From Oligoflexus sp. (GTDB taxonomy: Bacteria; Bdellovibrionota_B; Oligoflexia; Oligoflexales; Oligoflexaceae), in the NCBI GenBank assembly GCA_041736305.1, contig JBGSTX010000167.1, positions 1 to 13,212 of the forward strand: 13,212 nt of DNA, in the 5' to 3' direction. Position 1 is the stretch's first letter. Each line of letters starts with the position of its first letter. The notes beneath the pieces were generated by a model. That model made no database searches and was not told the DNA's origin. It saw only the letters and a program-made list of their open reading frames with translations. This document shows, in pieces, positions 7,277-13,212 of this stretch. The position numbers and the translations under genes were made by a program.

Positions 7277-8270
7277 TGAGGCGTCCCATGAGTTGATGGA
7301 GAACTTGAATCTGCTTGTCGATCGCGCGGACGCGATCCATGGCTTTGACAAGTTCTGGATCGAGTTTTTGGTCTATCTCTTTCTGCGCGTCGCGGAGATC
7401 GCGGATTTCGCCGAACTCGCGTCGCAAGAGCTCATTACCTGGTGAGCTATAAACGAGCCTCTCATAAATGTCGAAAGCTTTCTGGTAAAGCCCCTGCCGA
7501 CGCATAAGGCGCGCCCGGGTCAACTCATCGAGACTCCCTGGGTCAGCCTGATTACCCTGATTCTTAACAAAGAGCTCGACCAGAGGACTCGAGAAAAATC
7601 CGCCAGCCACCCTTCGCCGAAAATCAGCGTTGTCGTTCAGCGACTCTTTGGCAAGACCCCCCGCCCAGGAGCTGGGAATGCTGGACGGGGCCGGCTGTGT
7701 CTCCGCTACAGGCTTCGCATGTGCATATTCTATCTCAGAAGGAGGGGCTGAACGAGGTGCCGAGCCGCTGTCCTGTGCCTGCAGCACTGGCCATCCAAGA
7801 TGCTGGGCATAGTCTTCGCGCAGCTGCACGAAGGATTTGATGTCGATCTGCTTGATTATGATCTGCGCTTCGGAATCTTGAAATTCCTGATTAGCCAACT
7901 CACGGGCCAGTCCCCGAGCTTGGGTCTCAAAGTTTAAGACGACACAAAGCTTCAGCCTTAAAACTTGAGCTGTCAAATTAGTTCGCAGCGATGCAGGAGT
8001 CGATTCTAAGACCGTCCAGGCCTCGCGAAAGAACTGCCGGTTGAACAGTAGAAACGCCAAATAGACCCGAGCTACTGAGTAGTGCGGATGACGCTCGAGA
8101 CCCTGCATGAGCAGCTGGATCGCTTCGTCGACTCTCTGGTATTTAGCAAGGATCTCAGCGACCGCGAAAAAGCCCCGACCATCCGGTTTCTTTTTGAAAT
8201 GGTCGACGGCGATCTGCTCGGTCCTACCGAGCCCCGTCGCTTCTAGAGATCGTATAGCTTCGATTAGCAT
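7254..8270 (-). CDS. Cytoplasmic TPR-repeat protein
   Basis: N-terminal TPR-like helices (FAVAEILAKYQRVDEAIQLLMQGLERHPHYSVARVYLA), a Pro/Ala/Ser-rich linker, a C-terminal TPR (ARLMRRQGLYQKAFDIYERLVYSSP) and a coiled-coil-like tail. No signal peptide. Confidence 0.8.
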   Translation of the reverse strand: MLIEAIRSLEATGLGRTEQIAVDHFKKKPDGRGFFAVAEILAKYQRVDEAIQLLMQGLERHPHYSVARVYLAFLLFNRQFFREAWTVLESTPASLRTNLTAQVLRLKLCVVLNFETQARGLARELANQEFQDSEAQIIIKQIDIKSFVQLREDYAQHLGWPVLQAQDSGSAPRSAPPSEIEYAHAKPVAETQPAPSSIPSSWAGGLAKESLNDNADFRRRVAGGFFSSPLVELFVKNQGNQADPGSLDELTRARLMRRQGLYQKAFDIYERLVYSSPGNELLRREFGEIRDLRDAQKEIDQKLDPELVKAMDRVRAIDKQIQVLHQLMGRLNEYEAAS

Positions 8271-8272
8271 AA

Positions 8273-8890
8273 TTACTCGGCGTCCGGTGACAAGGGCTTA
8301 GTTTCCGCTTTTCTAAGATTCGCATCTGGGGGCTCTAGAGTACTGACGGTAAAAGTGGCTGTATTTTCGTCGTCGGAGAAATTCGCTCCCGAGTGGATCT
8401 GAACCGTAAGTTCAGACGTGGCACCGGTCGGAGGACAACGAGCAAATACTTCAATGGTTGCGACCCCACAGGTGTCCGTACACCAGTTATCCTTAGGCGT
8501 CACGATACCTTTGTAGCGTGCGGGCGTAATCTGGTTATTGACGATAGTCGTGTTAGGGCTTCGCGTAGGATCATCAGATCGGAGACCATTGACGATAGGC
8601 TCGAAGGAAACAGATGGAATCGGCCGAATCTCCTCGGTATCGTCCGTCACCCCAGTAAAGACCTCGCCTATGAGAAACTGCGCAACGAAAGGCTCTTCGA
8701 TATCTTGCCCCTCCGCTGCCGCAGAACAGGTCAAAGCCAAATCGCTCGACTTGCGTTGGATTTGGATAGCGGCGTCATTGCCAGTGATAGCGGCTTTCGA
8801 GCAGCTCAGCTTGCATAGACCTGGCTGCTCTGGTTCGTACTGGCAGCTCGCACTGATTATGGCTACGAGCGTAAGAATAAGTCTGCGCAT
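8273..8890 (-). CDS. Cys-rich lipoprotein of unknown function
   Basis: MRR + hydrophobic core + ISASC(16) lipobox-like motif, six further Cys, beta-rich pattern. GGAGGG RBS. Fills the gap between pilQ (11 nt) and the TPR gene (2 nt). Confidence 0.75.
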   Translation of the reverse strand: MRRLILTLVAIISASCQYEPEQPGLCKLSCSKAAITGNDAAIQIQRKSSDLALTCSAAAEGQDIEEPFVAQFLIGEVFTGVTDDTEEIRPIPSVSFEPIVNGLRSDDPTRSPNTTIVNNQITPARYKGIVTPKDNWCTDTCGVATIEVFARCPPTGATSELTVQIHSGANFSDDENTATFTVSTLEPPDANLRKAETKPLSPDAE

Positions 8891-8901
8891 CAGCTGCCCT
8901 C

Positions 8902-11900
8902 CTAGAATTTAAAACTGTCGGTCTTGAGAGGTGCAAGAGCCTGGGGATCGGAGGGATGTAAAGACGCGGCGGTCGCCTCCTCCGCAGCTTCAGCTTCTTT
9001 GCTCAGGCCCGAGACAATAGTCGGCGTCACCATGATCAGCAGCTCGGTCTGCGTCTCTGTGTGTTCGGTCGAGCGAAATAGGGCGCCGATGATAGGAATA
9101 TCGGCAAGGAAGGGAATTCCTAGCACAGAGACCGTACGCGTGGTATCGTAGATCCCGCCGATCACGCCCGTATCGCCGTTGGCCCTTACCATCTGGGTTT
9201 CCAATTCTCGCGTATTCTTGTTTGCCAAAACCTCACCAGTAGCCGCCGAGGGCGTATCGCTTTTGATGTTAAGCTTCATTATGACTGAACCTAAGGCCGT
9301 GACCTGCGGCGTGACGCGAAGCGAAAGATTGAACTGAACCTCCGACAATCCGCTGGCAGGTCCCGATGCACCTCCACCACCGCCGCCTGTCCCAGGCAGA
9401 CCCGGAACGCCGACACTGGATCCCGGTGCTGGTCTGAAGAAGCGCGAACTACCTGAGAGTATCATCGATTCTTGGCCGTCGAGGACCAATACGCGATTGC
9501 TTTGCAGAACATTGCTCGAACCCTTCCTCTCCTCCATTTTGAGGAGAAGATCGAGGTCCACAAACTTGTTCAAGCTGCCGAAGCGGAAGCGACCCTGCCC
9601 CACCTGAGTTCCGCTGCCGACGGCCGGATCCACCGAAAAACTGGACCCCAGGGAGTTGGGAAAGTTGAGAGAACCAAAGCCCAGGGCGCGACCCGGATCG
9701 AAATTGAAATTGTTGAGCCAGGCGACGCCGAAGAAATTGTTAGAGGTCTTCGCCACTTCAACAATCCGCGAAGCAATCTCAACCTGAGGGGTTTCAAGAT
9801 CAAGACGCTCGATGATGTTCTTGGCTTTGGCCAGGACATGACTCGGCGCTTCGACCACGATGGCATTAGTCCTATCGTCGTTGGTTACCCTGATACGAGC
9901 GTCGAGTTGAATATCGCGTGCCAGAAGCACATTGATACGATCTCCCACATCCTTCGACAAGGCATTGTTGAGACGAAAGACCAGCACCTTCGTCGGCAGG
10001 CGACGGGTTTCAAACTGATGGGCCTGCTCCAGAGCTTGCAGATAGTTGGAGAGATTGGAAATCTGATCGATCCGCACTACGTTCTGGCCAATGCGGACCA
10101 TGCCGAGACTATAGGTTTCCAGAATAGCTTTGAGAGCTTCGTCCCAGGGTACACCCTTAAAACTGATCGTGACAGGGATCTGGGCAATCGTTGCAGGAAA
10201 GACGAAGTTGTTACCAGTCTCTTCCGAAAAGCTCTTCAGAACTACGCTGAGAGGAGCATCGTAGAATTCCATGAAGATGGTTTTGCCAGTAAACTGCTGT
10301 CGCTGCTCGCCACTGTTCTGACCAACTACATCTGCGGGAGCTTCGGCAACTGCTTCTGCGGCGGCAGGCGCTATAGCCGGCTCTGGGTCTGTTGGCATTT
10401 GGCTTGCCTCGGCAGCAGCCGCAGCATTCGAAGCTGCTGGCTCAAGGGGGCTAGAAGCGGAATTGATTGGAGCCACAGCAGCCGCATTAGGCTCAACTGC
10501 ATTTGCGTTGAAGTTAGTACTTGTGTTAACAGCCGACGAAGCAGCATTTTGGTTTGAGTTTGCTGCTGGTACTGCCTCCTCAACTACGGATGCATTTTCC
10601 TGCGTAACGGTCTCTACCGGTAAGGCCTCGGTCTCAGCTGCAGCCGCCGCAGCGTCCTCATTGCTGAGAACTTCCTCTTCGCTTTCTGACGATAGGTCCG
10701 CGTTGCCTCCATCCAGGTCGCCATCGTCTTGCGCCACAGCCATAAGCGAGAGACGCTCAAATTTCCAGCCAGTCTTTTTTGAAGGAGCATCGGAGCGTCG
10801 CTCAAAGCTGGCGGGCAAACCTTCCTTATCGACTTTCTGCAGCGATTGCTGCCTCATAATTTCATTGAGAGGCAGTCCGCGAACCTTGGGATCGAGGCCA
10901 AAAACCCCAGTCTCCGGGTAGCCGACCTGTTTGCTTTGGCCCCGTGCCACTAGACTTACGGGAGCTAGCGGAAGTGCTGCAGTTTTTACGAGACTTGCGG
11001 CTCTTTCCTTAATCTCCCGTGCCTGCGCCTTGCTTTGATCAAAATAATGATCAGGCAGAGTATAGGTCAACTGCATCTGACCATTTTTGCTGACAAATTC
11101 AGGAACTACATTATCGCGGTGGGTGAGGACGATGTCGACTACACCTTGGTCCTGAAATTCCCGCATCCGAATCAAGGCGACCGGTGAACGAAACTCACTA
11201 GAATTGATCGACCAGCGGATCTTCTTGCGCAGGTTAGTCTGATAAAAGCGAATGACCAGCTCGAGTTGCTGCGCGCGATTGGTCTCTTCGTAAATTTCAA
11301 ATTCAGGTTGACCCGTGGTGATAACTTCGACCTTGAGCCGCCGATCCTTTTCATCGATGCGGTAGCCTACCCACCGAAGCTGAGCTAGCGCAGCGTCTAG
11401 GTTCTGCACCTTACTGACAGTCTCTGCTTCTGCCACGGGAGCGGGGGCTGGATTAGCAAGCTCCGGCGATGGCACTTGCGCCACGGCTTGATCGTTGGCT
11501 GGCGGCGAACCATCGAAAGCAGGCGGCGCCATATCCGAACCAACGCCTACAGGATTGACGTCGGATGTCGCATTTGCCTGTACCATCTGCTCTTGAAGGG
11601 CAGCTGCCGCGACATCTGCGTCCAAGTCTTCAGCTGAGATGTCTGCGTTGGAGGGGGGACTCGTGCCTTCGCTGGGATTATCGGCAAGTAGCGTCGGATC
11701 TAGATTCTGGGGCGACTCAGTGCCGGGAGCTGGATCGGAACTTGCCGTGGGATCAACGACCGCATTGGCGTTGGAATTAGCGGCAGCGGCTGCAGCAAGT
11801 TCGTCGGCTGCCGTTTCTTCATCGGCCGCATCCTTAATAAAATCTTCCTCAGCTCCGTTAGGATTTAAGGCGATGGTTTCTTCGACTTGCTCGCCGTCTT

Positions 11901-12099
11901 CTTCAAAGCTCGTCTCATCGCCGGCATCAACTTTTTCCTGCTCACCAGTGCTAGCAGTCGCGGCCTCGTCGGCCGCTGCAATATCGCTACTTTCATCAGC
12001 CGGCTGGGACGGGTCGCCTGACGTACTACACGCGGTCCACCAGCCCGAAAACACCAGCAAGGGACCTAGCAATTTTATGAAGTTTCTCTCTTGCATCAT
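8902..12099 (-). CDS. pilQ: Type IV pilus secretin PilQ, extended form
   Basis: AMIN-like domain (about aa 238-349, KIRWSINSSEFRSPV), N0 from F603 (FTGKTIFMEFYDAPL...VPWDEALKAIL), N-domain with DDRTNAIVV, secretin domain from P771 (PQVEIASRIVE, LRVTPQV, GDTGVIGGIY, IPFLADIPIIGALF, ELLIMVTPTIV). Follows pilO-pilP. The start may be the second ATG (12096). Confidence 0.95.
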   Translation of the reverse strand: MMQERNFIKLLGPLLVFSGWWTACSTSGDPSQPADESSDIAAADEAATASTGEQEKVDAGDETSFEEDGEQVEETIALNPNGAEEDFIKDAADEETAADELAAAAAANSNANAVVDPTASSDPAPGTESPQNLDPTLLADNPSEGTSPPSNADISAEDLDADVAAAALQEQMVQANATSDVNPVGVGSDMAPPAFDGSPPANDQAVAQVPSPELANPAPAPVAEAETVSKVQNLDAALAQLRWVGYRIDEKDRRLKVEVITTGQPEFEIYEETNRAQQLELVIRFYQTNLRKKIRWSINSSEFRSPVALIRMREFQDQGVVDIVLTHRDNVVPEFVSKNGQMQLTYTLPDHYFDQSKAQAREIKERAASLVKTAALPLAPVSLVARGQSKQVGYPETGVFGLDPKVRGLPLNEIMRQQSLQKVDKEGLPASFERRSDAPSKKTGWKFERLSLMAVAQDDGDLDGGNADLSSESEEEVLSNEDAAAAAAETEALPVETVTQENASVVEEAVPAANSNQNAASSAVNTSTNFNANAVEPNAAAVAPINSASSPLEPAASNAAAAAEASQMPTDPEPAIAPAAAEAVAEAPADVVGQNSGEQRQQFTGKTIFMEFYDAPLSVVLKSFSEETGNNFVFPATIAQIPVTISFKGVPWDEALKAILETYSLGMVRIGQNVVRIDQISNLSNYLQALEQAHQFETRRLPTKVLVFRLNNALSKDVGDRINVLLARDIQLDARIRVTNDDRTNAIVVEAPSHVLAKAKNIIERLDLETPQVEIASRIVEVAKTSNNFFGVAWLNNFNFDPGRALGFGSLNFPNSLGSSFSVDPAVGSGTQVGQGRFRFGSLNKFVDLDLLLKMEERKGSSNVLQSNRVLVLDGQESMILSGSSRFFRPAPGSSVGVPGLPGTGGGGGGASGPASGLSEVQFNLSLRVTPQVTALGSVIMKLNIKSDTPSAATGEVLANKNTRELETQMVRANGDTGVIGGIYDTTRTVSVLGIPFLADIPIIGALFRSTEHTETQTELLIMVTPTIVSGLSKEAEAAEEATAASLHPSDPQALAPLKTDSFKF

Positions 12100-12116
12100 A
12101 GCACCTCTGCTGTTCT

Positions 12117-12947
12117 TTACTGGCCGATTCTCGGATTAGGAAGGCTGACCGGCAGCGGCTGACCCTGACTATTTTTTAGCTGTTCGGGAAGAATCTGTTG
12201 GATAGGCTGCGTTCCCTGAGGCAAGAGGCCGCTCGCAGTCCCAGCAGCTGGTGCTACTGGAGAAGTAGGCACAGCTCCCTGCAGGGTGGCCGTTGCTGGG
12301 ACCTGGGGAGAAATACTCTGCACGCCATCTGTAGAATTGATAAATTTTGGTGCTTGCCCAGGCTCGAGCTGAATGATCCCAGGCTGAGCCCGGCCCGGCA
12401 GTCCTGCCTGCATGCGGAGATCTTCGTACTCGCGGACCCCATCAGACCTCAGCCTATAGACCCGCACCATTATTTTGTCGCGATCGATGCTCAAGACTTT
12501 TCCAGATGAAATGGGGTCATCTTTTTTCACGACCACCCCTTCGCCTTTCGGGGTTTGGATGATGGCTCGTACTTCACCGTCCCTCGTCTGCCACACGCCT
12601 TTAACTCTTAGTTCAGTGACATTGAAAGCCTGTAGGGGGCTCGTCATCCGTATGGTTTGCGTGCTAGGCCCCGCTACCACAGCTCTTCCGCTCGTCAGAT
12701 CGGGTTCAATAAAGGGATCGGGCCTACCGAAAGAAGCGTAGTTATATTCGGCATTCGGTTCTACGATCTCTTTGAGACGCATAGAATTATCACCAGATGG
12801 AGCAATTTTTCGGCGATTTTCCCAGTTTTCATCGGTGGGCCCTGCCGCTGCCGACTCGCCATTCTCCGCTCGCACGTCCTTCGCGAAGCCGGCGCTGATT
12901 GCGCAGCTGAAGAGTAGAATGGTGAAGATACGGCGGAAGCGGCTCAT
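12117..12947 (-). CDS. pilP: Type IV pilus assembly protein PilP with a Pro/Gln-rich C-terminal extension
   Basis: YASFGRPDPF, SPLQAFNVTELRVKGV, AIIQTPKGEGVVVKKDDPI..GKVLSI match the PilP pattern. Lies between pilO and pilQ. Confidence 0.88.
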   Translation of the reverse strand: MSRFRRIFTILLFSCAISAGFAKDVRAENGESAAAGPTDENWENRRKIAPSGDNSMRLKEIVEPNAEYNYASFGRPDPFIEPDLTSGRAVVAGPSTQTIRMTSPLQAFNVTELRVKGVWQTRDGEVRAIIQTPKGEGVVVKKDDPISSGKVLSIDRDKIMVRVYRLRSDGVREYEDLRMQAGLPGRAQPGIIQLEPGQAPKFINSTDGVQSISPQVPATATLQGAVPTSPVAPAAGTASGLLPQGTQPIQQILPEQLKNSQGQPLPVSLPNPRIGQ

Positions 12948-12950
12948 TTC

Positions 12951-13211
12951 TCACATCCCTTTAAACAAGATCAGCTTAGCGTTGGTTTGGAGTTCTGGTG
13001 AACTGCCCGGACGGTCACTCACCGTAACGGACTGAGCAAACTGGATATTCCGTATGTGCGTGAGATTCGGCATATGGACCAGCCTATCTAAGAATCGCAT
13101 CGTATGAGCAAAAGGCGCATTGAGTACGAGATCAATGGGGACCTCTTTATATTCTAGTCCGGGGTTGGGCTGCACTTCTTGCCCAGGGGTAAAACGTACC
13201 AGCTTTACATC
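12951..13211 (-). CDS. pilO: Type IV pilus assembly protein PilO, C-terminal part (runs off the window)
   Basis: Frame is open to the edge (DVKLVRFTPGQEV...). YKEVPIDLVLNAPFAHTMRFLDRLVHMPNLTHIRNI fits the PilO ferredoxin-like motif. Directly upstream of pilP. Confidence 0.85.
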   Translation of the reverse strand, partial: DVKLVRFTPGQEVQPNPGLEYKEVPIDLVLNAPFAHTMRFLDRLVHMPNLTHIRNIQFAQSVTVSDRPGSSPELQTNAKLILFKGM

Positions 13212-13212
13212 G

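Noticed and set aside
7277..7351. N-terminal extension of aroQ in the ORF track
   Set aside because: Lies within the TPR gene; AroQ similarity starts after ATG 7276.
9472..10557. 361-aa plus-strand ORF and other plus-strand ORFs within pilQ and pilP
   Set aside because: Entirely antisense to well-supported genes, with no recognisable motifs; typical shadow ORFs.
1..13212. CRISPR array, tRNA/rRNA, prophage or defence system
   Set aside because: No regularly spaced repeats, RNA gene signatures or relevant protein motifs were seen by eye.

Overview
Mostly chromosomal core region. The right half (minus strand) is the 3' end of a type IVa pilus operon: partial pilO, pilP and an unusually long 1065-aa pilQ secretin. 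It continues without real gaps into a Cys-rich lipoprotein, a TPR protein and aroQ, then an orphan ParA-family ATPase. The left half holds the 3' part of an IS5-family element, an Uup-like ABC-F ATPase, a probable outer-membrane beta-barrel protein, pgeF/yfiH and a type II NADH dehydrogenase. Protein style and the pil-TPR-aroQ order tentatively suggest a Bdellovibrionota (Oligoflexia-like) or other former-deltaproteobacterial host; this is inference only. The most unusual element is PilQ: an apparent lipoprotein signal, two long acidic low-complexity tracts around one AMIN-like domain, a signal-peptide-like internal motif, a Gly-rich insertion in the predicted gate hairpin and a C-terminal tail. 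With the adjacent uncharacterised lipoprotein and TPR genes, this may be a variant T4aP outer-membrane module. No RNA genes or CRISPR arrays were recognised.
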